Source of the DNA: Moniliella sp. 'wahieum'
Lineage: Eukaryota
NCBI GenBank assembly: GCA_003971905.1
Contig: RSEE01000087.1
Coordinates: 1-64,000 of the forward strand
DNA length: 64,000 nt
Reading direction: 5' to 3'
Shown here: positions 48,993-60,976 of the stretch, one piece after another
Position numbering within the stretch: position 1 is the stretch's first letter
Layout: each line of letters begins with the position of its first letter
Program-made: the position numbers and the translations under genes
The notes under the pieces: generated by a model
Database searches by the model: none
The model's input: only the letters and a program-made list of their open reading frames with translations
Told to the model about the DNA's origin: nothing

Positions 48993-51463
48993 ATGGGCGC
49001 AAAGACCCAACTTCACAACGACCTCCTCGGGAAGCAGATTGCCGGTGGCCGACTGGAGTTTGTCTCCATCCTAGGTCTCGGCGCCTACGGAGTGGTCTAC
49101 CTTGCGCGTGACCTGCACCATCCTTTGCATGCGTCACGACAGCCGTGGGCCACGACGGCGAGTGGCCAAGGTCGAGGTCCTAGTGGCGACGCTAGCATTA
49201 CCGGACTGTACGCAGTCAAGTGTCTACACACCGTGCTGGGCTGGATGCTCGTCAAAAGTTGTTTCAAGAACGGGAGATTACGCTGCACAGTCTGGCTGGT
49301 GTGCACCCGAGCGTGGTGACGGTGTATCAAGTGTTACAAGACGCGACGTGTGTGTATGTGGTGATGGAGCATTGTCCCGACGGGGACCTATTTGCGATGA
49401 TCAGGAGGCCCAGCGCTACGCGGTTGCCGGTACGCTTGACAGTTGTGCCGACCCGAGCCACATCATGGGCCGGTACGTGGTTGAAGACGAAGGTAGGGAG
49501 TGCGCGGGCGGAAATGGACCAAACGATCCAAGACGTCTTTCTCCAACTTGTGGATGCAGTGCACTATTGTCACCAACGGGGCATTTACCATCGCGATCTC
49601 AAGCCAGAGAACATTCTATGTGTGCAAGGCGGTGCACGCGTGGTGCTTTCCGACTTTGGCCTAGCCACGCCTGACAGGGAAAGCAAGGACTTTGGTTGTG
49701 GGTCTACGTTTTACATGGGTCCCGAGTGCCAGGGCGGCATCCTTTCCCGCGTTCGACGGTACAATACGGCAGCGAACGATGTGTGGAGTTTAGGTGTCAT
49801 CTTGGTCAATCTGGTATGGGGCGCAACCCATGGAAACAAGCCTCGACGACCGACGACACCTTTCGCGAGTACCTCCGTAACCCGAACTTTCTTGCTGAAA
49901 TCCTGCCCATCTCCGAATCGCTCAACGCCGTCCTCAAGCGCATCTTTTGCCCCTTTCCAGAACAGCGCTGCCGCCTTCCCGAGTTGGCCGCCATGATTCT
50001 CGCTTGCGATCGGTTGACCGCAACCAATGCCGACCTGAGGAAACGGCAGGAACTTCGTCGCATGTCCACGCCCACCAAGCCCAAGCTCAAGCCCAAGCTC
50101 AAGCCCAAACTCAAGCCCAAGCTCAAGCCCAAGCCCAAGCCGCCTCTTTGGCCGTGCTGTCCACCAGGCGGTTGCAGCGGACAAAGCCAGAGCTTGGTTA
50201 AGCCCGACGTTGCTACGCTGCGTCGTCTGCAGGTACCCTACGTCCCGCGGTCCGTTCACCCAGCCGGCCATCGCCCTTCTCCACCCGCTCGACCCCATTC
50301 CCCCGTCGACCCAGCAAGCACCACAAGTCGCGTTCGCTCGGTCCCCCTCTCACGCTGGTGGTGTACCTTGGTGCTCCACCTTCCCAGCTGGGTCGGGTTC
50401 TACGAACATCAAAGATCATGCCGGTCATGCCCGTTACTCGTCCCTGATCACGCCGTCATGCGCCGTGCAAGGAGCAGAGGGGGGAGTAGCCACACTGTGC
50501 GATCTCCACAGGCACATAGGTCGTATGAGCCGCCTGGCTCGCGCGGGTCAGCTGCAGTGCAAGACTACCTACCGCGATTCTCGGTCAGACGAAAAAAATT
50601 CGTGCACGGTCCAGACAAGCCCGCGTCGCCTATCACGTCGATCACGTCGCCGGTGACCAGTCAGAGCCAGGCTGATAGCTTGGGCTCCCGTTCGCCCGAG
50701 AGTTTCTCCACCTGCTCTTCGTCGCTTGCCTCGCGGACCGGCTTGCCGCCACACCAAGGGAAGCGAGTGCTGGTGGAGCACTCCTGCCCCCTCCTAGTCC
50801 GTCGATGAGGGACACTACTGTGCCTGTTCCTCCGTTGGCCCTACGACTTTCACACGTTCCACGGACGCCACGAACGCCACAGACACCACGGACGCCACGG
50901 ATGCTACGGATGATACGGGTGGACGTGCCGCTTCGGGTGGCCGACGCGGGTCGCGGTCTAGCATTGCTGCTCTGACGCGGATGGTGCAACAAGGCAAAAA
51001 CGCAGTACCTTTGCTGTTGGACACGTTCAACCCGTTTCCCAACCGGCATCGTCCAGCTTGTACGCGGCGGGGCGGTGCGCGCGTCGCGAGCGGCGCCACC
51101 ATCCACCTCCCCGCCGCGCCAGCAAGGTTGGACGAGGAAGAAAGTTCGGAGCCTACTACGTTGGAGCCCGTGCACCAGGCGGCGACAGAGCCGGACGATG
51201 AAGCTGTGTACCCTCCTCGGTTGGCTGGTGGCAGGTGGGACGAACGGGCTAGTTCATTGTCCGAGACGAGCATGGAGGAAGAAGAGGGATGTGTGTCGCC
51301 GCGATTATTGTCGCCTAGCTATGTGGCTACGGCGCACGAGAGTCCCGAGGGAAAGAAGTCGTTGCTGTTCCCGCGTACGGCGGAGAGTTTGACAGCGAGT
51401 GGGTTGGACGCTTACCCAGGCGCTGTCCGGCTCGGCCCGCCCCACGCCGCTTGGTTTCGGTGA
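48993..51463 (+). CDS. Ran1/Pat1-family (Sks1/Vhs1-like) Ser/Thr kinase with a long low-complexity tail (frameshifted)
   Basis: LEFVSILGLGAYGVVYLA, YAVKCL, REITLH, CPDGDLF, HQRGIYHRDLKPENIL, DFGLAT..SKDFGCGSTFYMGPECQGG, NDVWSLGVILVNL..GRNPWKQA. Confidence 0.9.
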
Positions 51464-52954
51464 ACCCAACTCGCCAGAGTGGGCGTGGGTTAGGGTCGTG
51501 GATGGCAACTGCTGTTGCGGGCTAGCTGGATGCCCTAACGGATGGGGTTGGTAGGTCGTGTCGTTTGACCGTTCCTGGATGGGAGGAGTACGACTCGGAA
51601 GATTAATGATTCCTACCCCCCTTACCGGTTACCCCTTAGGCCTTGCCCCTTATCCCTGGCCCATTTACCCCCTGCGATCTCTTTTCTTTACTGTCTTTTC
51701 TTGCTGGCAGGTTCAGCTTGCATCTCTTCCATACAAAACATTTGTTAATCTTCCCCCTCTCCTACCCCCCTCTTTGCTGCTTGCGTGTAGGACGAAAACG
51801 AAGGGCTCCTGTGTCCTGCCTGGACCTGGACCTGAATCGTGTACAGTACTGTCGTTTGATCTGGATTATCATGTTCTCTCTCATTGCACGTTCTATACGC
51901 CTCTGAACGAATAATCTGCTGTGCTCGTAGTACACTCCCCCTTCCCACCATCACACCGCCGCACTTCTGTATCATCGACCTTCTTTTCCCGTCGGGTGCT
52001 ATCCCGATGCAGATGCAAGACAAAGCAAAGCAAAGCAAAGCCCGGTAGCCCGGTACACCTTCTGGGACGAGATAGAAAGCAGACTTGGTGTTGAATGCAT
52101 GCATTATAAAAGGCGTACCTAGTTGAGAGACAAGATGCACAGAGAAGATGGGTGGCAGGAGGGTACGCAACAAGCGCCAGCGTCGTAGCGCCGGGGTTCA
52201 ACGTTCAATGCTGCACGTTCATCAATCTTGGTGCTAGAAGAGACCAAGTTGGAAAGAGGAAGATGTAACCAGCCACGTACGTTTCACACCGCAGTGCCAG
52301 TGGCAGCCTTTGCCCCCCAGCCCCCTGCACGGCCAAAAAGCGTCCGGCGAGCTTAGGTACCGCAGAGGGCGGCAACAGCAACAGCAGAGCAGAGACCCAA
52401 TGGGTCTACGTACCTCGGATCGGCACAAACGTGGAAAAGAGCCCGGCTACCGTAGTGGGTTTCACGAGAATCAAAAAGGAGTCACCGGTCACCGAGGCAC
52501 GTCCCCGTCCCGCCCAGAGCAAACAAACGCCCACTGCTTCTGCCTGGACAGGGCGGCCGGGGGGAGCAGGGAGGGGCGAGCGCGTGTCCGTCGCAAGGGT
52601 TCGCGGACCGGCCAGACACCCAGCCAGCCGCGCCACCTCGGCGTGACGCGTGAGGGGTGTGAGCATGTGAGAGGTAAGAGATGTGAGATTCCGTGTGAGA
52701 TGGGCGATGTGCGCGTGGCAACGGCACTCACTCAGTACTCAGTCTGAGTACTCAGTATTCACTGGTCGCACGCAACGAAAAGTTCCAACACGGGCAACCC
52801 TAGCGGCGGGTGCCAGATGCTGATTGGGAACGCAGAGGTGCGCGCCGTGGAGCTGCTGGGCGGGTGGCTGACCAGAGCTAGCCTGTGTTAACCTGTGCTA
52901 ACCTGTGCTAACCTGGATTAGCACCCGACCCGCCCCGGCTCAGGCCTCACCACC

Positions 52955-54794
52955 ATGGCAGCCGTTCCCGCGCCCTCCCTGCCCGCTCTCGTGCCCGTGC
53001 CTGCCGCCGAGCTCAGCCAGACCCGGTACGACATCGTCATTGTCGGTGCCGGTGTGGCTGGGGCGTCGCTAGCGTATGCGCTGGGCCGCAGTGGCCGCAC
53101 AGTTGCCGTCATTGAGCGCGACTGGAGTGAGCCTGACCGGATCGTCGGGGAGCTGCTGCAGCCTGGGGGTGTGCGTGCGCTGGCGTGTCTCGGCCTGCTG
53201 GACACGCTGGAAGGGATCGAGGCTGTGCCTGTGGTAGGCTACCAAGTGTTCAGTGGGGAGCGCAGCGTGGCCATTCCCTACCCTTCTGTCGACGCTTTGG
53301 ACGCTGTGCAGCCCTCGGCGCGCGGGCTGGTCGGGCCCACGGGGAGGCTCGAGGGTCGTGCGTTCCACCACGGCCGCTTTGTGCAGAAGTTGCGCGCGCA
53401 GGCGCGGGCGCAGACCAACGTGACTTGCATCGAGGCCACGGTGCGTGACCTGGAGGAGGAACAGCACAGTGGCCATGTACTGGGAGCGAATGCGGTGCGC
53501 AAGTTGGCTGGGGCCGAGGAAGAGCTGATGATCCGCGGGGCGATTACGATTGTGGCAGATGGGATCTTTAGCAAGTTCCGTTCCTCCTATGGCTCCACGA
53601 TCGCGCCGCAGATCAAGGGACACTTTGTCGGGCTCGAGCTGGAACATGCTCCGCTGCCCAACCCGCACCATGGCCATGTCGTCCTGGGCCCCAGCGGACC
53701 TGTGCTGCTGTACCAAATTGGCGAGGCCAAGCCGCAGCCCGACGGCTCGTTTGGGATCCACACCACTCGTATCCTGATTGACGTTCCTGGGGAGCAACTG
53801 CCCAGTGCGTCCAAAGGCGACCTGCAACGGCACATCCGCACCCAAGTGGCGCCCTACCTGCCTGGTGAGCTGGGGGCTGCACTGCTCAAAGAGCTGGATG
53901 CAACCGAGACGGGCACTAGCCAACGGCGCAGCATGCCCAACTCGTTCCTTCCACCCAGCGTGCAGGGCCAGTCGCGCTACCGCCGTGCTGCATCCTCGTG
54001 GGCGATGCGATGAACATGCGCCATCCGCTTACTGGGGGTGGGATGACGGTTGCGTTTTGGGATGTGGTGCGCTTGACCAACATTCTCAATGCGGGGGGTG
54101 TGGTACCCTGGTCTGGGGCTGAAACAAGAGACCAAGAAGCCACACAAGTTGACGCTGACGCATTGGGATGCGCAGATCCGGCCGGCGCTGCTGCAGTGGC
54201 ACTGGGCGCGGAAGAACGTTGCGAGCTGTGTCAACATTTTGGCCATGGCGCTGTACAGCCTATTTGGAGCGTCGGACGAGAACCTGGGAATTCTACGGGA
54301 AGGCTGCTTCAAGTACTTTGAGCGTGGGGCGTGGTACGTGGATGGCCCGGTACGGTTGTTGTCAGCGACGACGCCTTCGCCCGCGTTACTCTTTTTCCAT
54401 TTTTTCTACGTTGCGCTCTACAGCATCTTTGCGCTCTTCTTCCTTCCGCGGAAGCACGTGGAGCATGGCAAGGTAATTGTGCGGCGTGCCTCGCTGCTCG
54501 AGTACCCGGGGCTGGTCGTGCGCAGTGTACTCGTTCTACACTGCCTGCTCTGTCTTCTTGCCCATCATCCTCACCGAACTCAAGATGAACCGGCCCGACT
54601 TTTCCCACACCCCGCGCAAGGCCGGGGCTGGGTTTGTGCCCAAGGACGCAACGGGGCCGCTGACGTTTTTGAAGTTCATCGTGGTCACCTGCCTCGTGAT
54701 CATCTACTCGGCGTGGTACCTGTTTGACCCGACGCGTCACCCGACGATCTTTGGCGCGCGCAGCGTGAGCAACGGCACGGCCGCCTTGGCCTAG
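52955..54794 (+). CDS. ERG1: Squalene epoxidase (monooxygenase)
   Basis: GAGVAG FAD motif, ERDWSEPDRIVGELLQPGG, GRAFHHGRF, ADGIFSKFR, PVLLYQI, RSMPNSFLP, GDAMNMRHPLTGGGMTVA, NILAMALYSLF, GCFKYF, HFFYVALY; C-terminal TM segments. Confidence 0.97.
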
Positions 54795-55231
54795 GCACGG
54801 GGCACGCGCACGGCCCAGCGTCTGGCCGGAGGGGAGGAGGGGGAGCGGGAGGAGGAGCAGGAGGAGAAGCGGAGGCAGGCGGGGGAGCACGGGAGGTGGT
54901 ACGCAATGGGATCTGCACAGTGACTCGCTAGTCAAGATGTCACGATGAGCAGCTCTAGGTAGGTACCTAGCTGAGCTGTTGAAAGAAAAACAGTAGCAGT
55001 CGGGCTGCTCCAGCCGAATTCCGCTCGGCGCCGGGCGCACCCACCAGGGCGGAATGGACGCCGGCCGGCCGAGGGGTAGGTAGGCAGGCTGGGAGCAGCC
55101 GAGGCAGGTGATTAATTTTTTTTGTCTCGTGTCGCTCTCTCTCTCGAAAGCTGCTTGGGTTGTGTGCTCCTCCTGCGCCCCCCCACCCCAGTACACCACC
55201 ACCCCACCACACCACCCCCCATCACCACAGC

Positions 55232-56299
55232 ATGAAGGCGCCCACACCTGGCCTGCTGGCCTACACCGAATCTGCGCAGCTGGCCGCCAAGAAGAAAGCC
55301 AAGAAGACGAGTGGCAAGGCAGTCAAGCCGACGTACAAGCGGACGACGGCGGTGACGCCGGTGCAGTACAGTGCAAGGCGGCGCAAAGAAGCGCAGGTGG
55401 AATTTGATGATGCGGAGCGGAAAGAGTACTTGACCGGGTTTGAGAAGCGGAAGCAACAGCGTCGTGCGCATGCGCGGCGGGAGATCGAGACGCGAGTCAA
55501 GGAAGAACAACGTGCACAGCGTCGGCAAGCGCGGCAGCAAGTGCGCGACCGCGCAGCGAAAACGTTCAGGCCGAACGGGACTTTTATGGCGATGCGTACG
55601 AAGGTGGGTTGGGGGGTGGGAAGAGTCAGAGCCGGACGGGGAAAACGAGGAGGGAGGAGAGGCACTCAAGAACCAACCTACCCTTGAGACGTTTGATACG
55701 GGCGACCACCTCACCACCGTCACCACTGTGGATGACTGGGACCCGCATGCTGTTGACGAAGAGTTGTGGGCGGCGGAACAAGGGAGCAAAGCCAAGCCCA
55801 AACCCAAATCCAAATCCAACCCCACGCTCCAACCCACGCACACGCCCATGCCCAAGTCTAGTTCCAAACCCAAGCTCACTTCCAGACTACGACTGGAGCT
55901 CGCCGACCTGCACCTGTGCCATCCCGAGGGGAAGGATCGATAGCGCCAGCGGATGCGATTGCGGCGTTGGTGGATCCTGAGGCGCAAGCGTCGATGCAGG
56001 AGACGGATGCGGTGCTGGTGGAGCATCTGAAGCGTGTGGATGCGCAAGCTGCGCAGCTCGCCAAGAACAAGGCCGACTTTCATTACGAGTCCAAGGCGGA
56101 ACGGCAAGCGCAGCAAGACAAGATCAAGGAGAAGCGTCTGGCGCAGGCGGAGAAGCGGAAAGAGGAGAAGATCCGGAAAGCGCGTGAGGACCCGACGAGG
56201 CGGCCCAAGAAGCACAAGAAGCAAATCGAGACCCGCTTGCCAGAACATGTCAAGCGCGCCCGAGCCAAGAAGGAGGCCAAACGCGCGGCTCAGAGTTGA
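55232..56299 (+). CDS. RRP17: Rrp17/Nop25 (NOL12) rRNA-processing protein
   Basis: VEFDDAERKEYLTGFEKRKQQRR signature; basic C-terminus; frameshifted. Confidence 0.85.
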
Positions 56300-56792
56300 G
56301 TGCTCAGGACGGTGTAGGAAGTACAACTTACTGCGGGGGTGGCGGGTGCTGAGTACCGAGTGCTCACTGAGTGTCGAGGGCTGAGGACTGAGTATCAGGA
56401 CTGAGTTCAGTACCGAGTTCAGTACTGAGTACTGAATTACTGAATGCTTTTGTGTGTGGGTGCATGAGATCAAACACCCATGTTGTGGGAATCCATTCGA
56501 GTGCGATATCTGGGCGTCTTTACGCAGCCTCGTACAAATACAAGTCAGGGGGGGGGGGAGGACCAAAAGCAAAAGGGTAAGGGTCCAGGCGCTGCCCGAG
56601 GCCCTCCTCGCTCTCCTCACACATCGATCGGCGTGGTTGTCCACTACCCCAGCGATCGCACCAAGAACAATACAAAACACAAAACCCAACCCAAAGAAAG
56701 AAAGAAAAGAAAACAGACAAAGAGAGAAATAAAGAAAGAAAGGCTGACTGACTGGCACCTCTGTCCGTCTGCCACTTGTGCCTCTTGAAGCT

Positions 56793-58115
56793 TCACTCGT
56801 CGACCAGCATCTCTGCTGGGGGTGCCTCATTGGCGGTAGCCTGTATGGTGCGCTGAATTTCTTCGACCTCAGCTGGGCGGACCGGGTTGGGTGCGATCTT
56901 GTGGGCCTCAGTTTGAAGGCGGTTGATGAGGCGAATGCCATTGATGGCCTTTTTGAGGGTGGCCTTACCACTGAATGCACGTTTCATTCCCGGGAGGAGA
57001 TCGTTGTGGGTGGATCCTTCGGCGAGGGGGGGGACTGGATGGGCGCGGTGAGCCAAGGATGGGCAAGTGCCTGGGAGGCGGTCATACGTTGTTGTTGGTC
57101 AATGACCAAGAGACGACGAATAAAGTCTTTAGCTGGGTCCGATACCCGGGCCCAGTACACCGCCGGTTCAAAAGCATAGCTTGCCGTGACGATAGCCTGG
57201 ACCTCTTCCGTCATGGACTCGCGGTCAAAGGGAGTATAGCCACACAGAAGGAAATAGGCAATCACCCCGATCGCCCATAGATCCACTGGTTTCCAATGCC
57301 CGCTTTTGGTGAACAGTTCGGGAGCCATGTAGCCCGGGGTACCACAAGTCGTGTTGAGCATCACCATCTTCTCGTCGTCCACGATGCGCGACAGGCCAAA
57401 ATCGGCAATCACCAGCTCGGCCGACTCGTCCTTGCTTTTGAACAACAAGTTCTCGGGCTTGAGGTCTGTAGGAGGCGGAGGATATCAGCAGCGGCTCGGC
57501 CACGGGGTGGGGGGGGTTGAAGGAGGAGAGGGAGAGGGAGAGAGAGGAGGTGCAGCGAAGGGTCACAGACGTACCGCGGTGAATGACACCATTGTCGTGC
57601 AGGTACTGGACTGCACTGGTGACGGTTCGAATGATGTGGGCAGCATCTCTATGGGCAAGAGTCAGTACTCAGTACTCAGCGCCACCGTCCTCCACTCGCC
57701 TGCTCCCCCGTTTCCCTCTGCACCGCCGTACCTATCTGCAGGAAAAGCCAAAACCAAACCAAACGTACTCTTCAAAATACGATCCGCGTTCGCAGATCCG
57801 GTCAAACAACTCGCCTCCCGTGCAGAGTTCAGTGACAACATAGAGGTTGTTGAGCGTCTCAAAGTAGTCGATGAGAGTGACGATGTTGCGATGCCCTTGG
57901 GACACTTTCTTCATGGCCAAGATTTCGTTGCGCACCATCGATTCGCGTCCCTCGAGTAGTTTCTTGCTGATGATCTTGCATGCGTACCGTTGACCATCGG
58001 AAATGCGCTGCGCTTCCTTGACCACCGCATACGTCCCGCTGCCAAGGGTACGGCCGGTCTTGTAGGCGCACGGGACGGTCCGCATGCGCTTGCTCGTCGT
58101 TGCTGGGGAAGTCAT
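56793..58115 (-). CDS. Ca2+/calmodulin-dependent protein kinase I (CMK1/CMK2-like), two introns
   Basis: YKTGRTLGSGTYAVVKEA, YACKII, HRNIVTLIDYFET.NNLY...CTGGELFDRIC, HR|DLKPENLLF, IADFGLSR, TTCGTPGYMAPE, KPVDLWAIGVIAYFLLCGYTPFD. The C-terminus is approximate. Confidence 0.93.
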
Positions 58116-59805
58116 GGTGGGAAGGGAGATGGAGATGGAGATGGAGATGGGGGTGGGGAGGGAGGGGAAGGAGGAGCAGGAGAAGGAAGGCTGGGTGGGA
58201 TGGGATGGGGCGCAGGGACGGCTTGTGCGCTGTTGGCAGATGGAAAGAAGCGCAGTGTGCCCCTGGCTTTTTTGGGTACTATTGTCCGTGGCGGCGTACG
58301 CGGCGCAGCGGGCGGGTGACAGGTGACAGGTGACATCATCCGCCTGCTCGCCGACACTCGCCTCCCGCCGGCACCAGGTTTATCTTTGATGGCCGGGTGG
58401 GTGGTAAAAGTACTAAGCATCAGATAGAGCCAAGTAGGAAAGGTACTAGTTACCGTTGAACGGGCAATGGTTAACCTTCGTGTCGGGAATGGGGATGGGG
58501 ATCTGGGGCAAGTATAACCTGCAGCGTCGCTACGGACGTATCCGTATGTCATAGCAGCCACCCTGAGGCCTGATGTCTGATGCATGCTGCCTGAGGGTCG
58601 CGCTGTTCCGTGGTTGGTGGGCGCCACCGCCCCGCATTTCGCTCATCTTGCGTTCCACATGTGGTACGGCTTGCTGGTAGACGAAGAAAATAGACAACGT
58701 GAGCCATGCACTAATCAGTGCATCCCCGCATAGCTAATCGAAAACGCTGGTAACAAGGTTCCGGATAGATATATGAGGACTACGTACAAAATTCAAGGTG
58801 GGCAAGGCCCACAAGATTGTGCACAAGAAATTTCGATTAGCTATGCGCCATTGGGACCTTGTTCAAGCCAACACGCGTCCATCTCGTGATTGATGCGGTA
58901 AAAGACGCATGTTTGGTCTCTCGACCCCCAGCCCCCCTTGGCCATATAACCCGCATGACAGCTCTCTCACCACAGACGAAGAGCCATGCAACGCTGGGGC
59001 ATCCGTCGCGGGGAAAGGCAGGCCGGGCAGGGGACGGCGAATGCGACCGTGGGGATGGTCCCAAGGGGAGAGGAGACGGCGGGGCAGTGGCGAGTGAGCA
59101 TGGCTAGTGACTTCCGGCGGTCCGAGCACCGCACCGACACGCGCAGCCCGCAGGCTCTGCCGAGGCAGAGTGGCCACAGGAAGCGCATGGCTGCGCACGG
59201 TGGGCCCAAGCGTCAGGCCTGACCTCACGCGTCACGCCATACGGTCACGTGCTGGCGCCTCGGCGTCGGGCTTCGGGCAGGTGGTGGGTACAGCCGATTC
59301 ACTATTCACTCATCTGGCGGTGGCTTCGATGGGCTTGGGCGGCTGCCTCTGTTGTCGCACGACGGCCTGACCCAGGCCAAGCAAGCGCTTGCCCCGTCCC
59401 GCGTTCGATCGCAGCCGGGTCCTCTGCCCCGCTCGGCCCATCGAGCCGGTCGAGCGCAAAAGTGGAGCGGATGGAGCCGGTGGGCCCGGTCGGTCGTGCT
59501 GGTCGACCCGGTGGAGCCGGAGGGCTAAGGAAGCGGACAGCGACGCACAGGCCATGCAGGGACTAAGACTGAGGTCAGTGTTCAGGTTCAGTGTTCAGGT
59601 TCAGCGCTCAGGGCTTGCGGCGGGGAAGCAGGCTTTCATTTTCTAGTGGGCGTGGTATTATGTTGCTCGCCTGTGCGTGGATTTGGATTGGCTCTTTTGC
59701 CCCGCTCTAGTGGTGCGTGCGCTGCCCCGCTTGTGGTATAAAACCGCCTCGGCCGCCACCCGTCGCGCGCCCCACACTTCCCCCCAGGACCTCCCCGCAA
59801 CAAGA

Positions 59806-60976
59806 ATGGTACGTGATTGATGATGGATCTGTGGCGCTTGTTCTCCCCCGCGCCTATCCCACCGCTGGACTGTCCACTGAGTACTGACCCTACCTCCGCC
59901 CCCGTGTGTGCGAGGATCCCACAGGCGCAGATTAACTTGCCAGCCTCGCCGTTGACTGCGAGCAAGACGTACCCCGTGCCTGTAGCCGAGTACGAGACGG
60001 CGCTAAAGCGGGCGTATGCTACGCTTGAGGAGCACTGGCCTAGTGGCGAGGGCAGTGGGTGGGAGTCGGCCGGGGAGAAGGACGGGTGGAGTTGAGCAAG
60101 AAGGTGGATGGGGAAGCGCCGGACGATGTGCCGTGGGTGCGGGGCAAGACGATTGTGGAAGGGGTTACGCCCGAGCAACTGTGCATGACGATCAATCTCC
60201 CTTCGTTGCGGAAACTCTGGGATGCGCGACTGGACTTTGGGTGCAGCGTGCAGCGCTACTCGTTGGAGCAATCGGAATTTTACACGTTGATGCGCTCGCC
60301 TTCGTATTTGGTCTGGGCGCGTGACTTGGTGGGTGTGCAATCGATTGCGACGACCGAGACGGATGCGCCCTTGGGCCCCACCTACCGCCTCGTCCAAACT
60401 TCAGTCCAAGATGAAGAGCATGCGCCCGAACAGGGCAGCTACAATGCCAAGCGGACCCGGGGCGAGTTGGTATTGAGTGCATGGGTCTTTGCTCCGGTTG
60501 GTGGAACCACTTCCGAGGGGGGCGCGAGCGCCAGCACCCCTACCGCCACCGAGGTGACGTACATCTGCCGTATCAAGCTCAACGGCTGGCTGCCCACGTC
60601 GCTCTTGTCTGCGCTTGCGACGGAAATTCCGTTGTGTGTCGGGCGGGTGCGGGACCTAGTGTACGAGGTTGGTACAGTACCATTTTTCGTGCACGAAGCC
60701 GGTACGCCGAGGCGCTTGCCGCAAGCGACGGTCGAATCGTTGGAGTTTAACAAGAGTCCGCGCCAGTGGTCCTCGTCCATCTACATTCAAGAAGCCAAGA
60801 CGATTGGAATTGCGTTTGACCCGGTTCGTCAGTTCCCCGATCCGAGCGTGACGTTGGCTGGTCCCGGTGCCGAAGGCGCCGCCTTTTCGATCGACAAGGA
60901 CGCCAAACTCATTTCCATCACCTTGGCCCCGACGGCAGTGGGAAAACAGCTGGACGTGTCCATCTTTACCAAGTAA
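59806..60976 (+). CDS. START/SRPBCC-domain lipid-binding protein; ATG-only first exon, intron 59809-59924
   Basis: ATG|GTACGT..TACTGAC..CAG; W...GEKDG.ELSKK, PWVRG, RKLWDAR, LVWARDLVG, TSVQD, RTRGEL..SAW, VTYICRIKLNGWLP. TATAAAA near 59737. Confidence 0.8.

Noticed and set aside
54230..54420. Terbinafine-resistance substitutions in ERG1
   Set aside because: The ALYSLF, GCFKYF and HFF motifs look wild-type.
55112..56980. 622-aa minus-strand ORF and similar long ORFs (e.g. 7957-9180 +, 53069-53923 -)
   Set aside because: These are antisense shadows of real genes in GC-rich, codon-biased DNA and carry no domain motifs.
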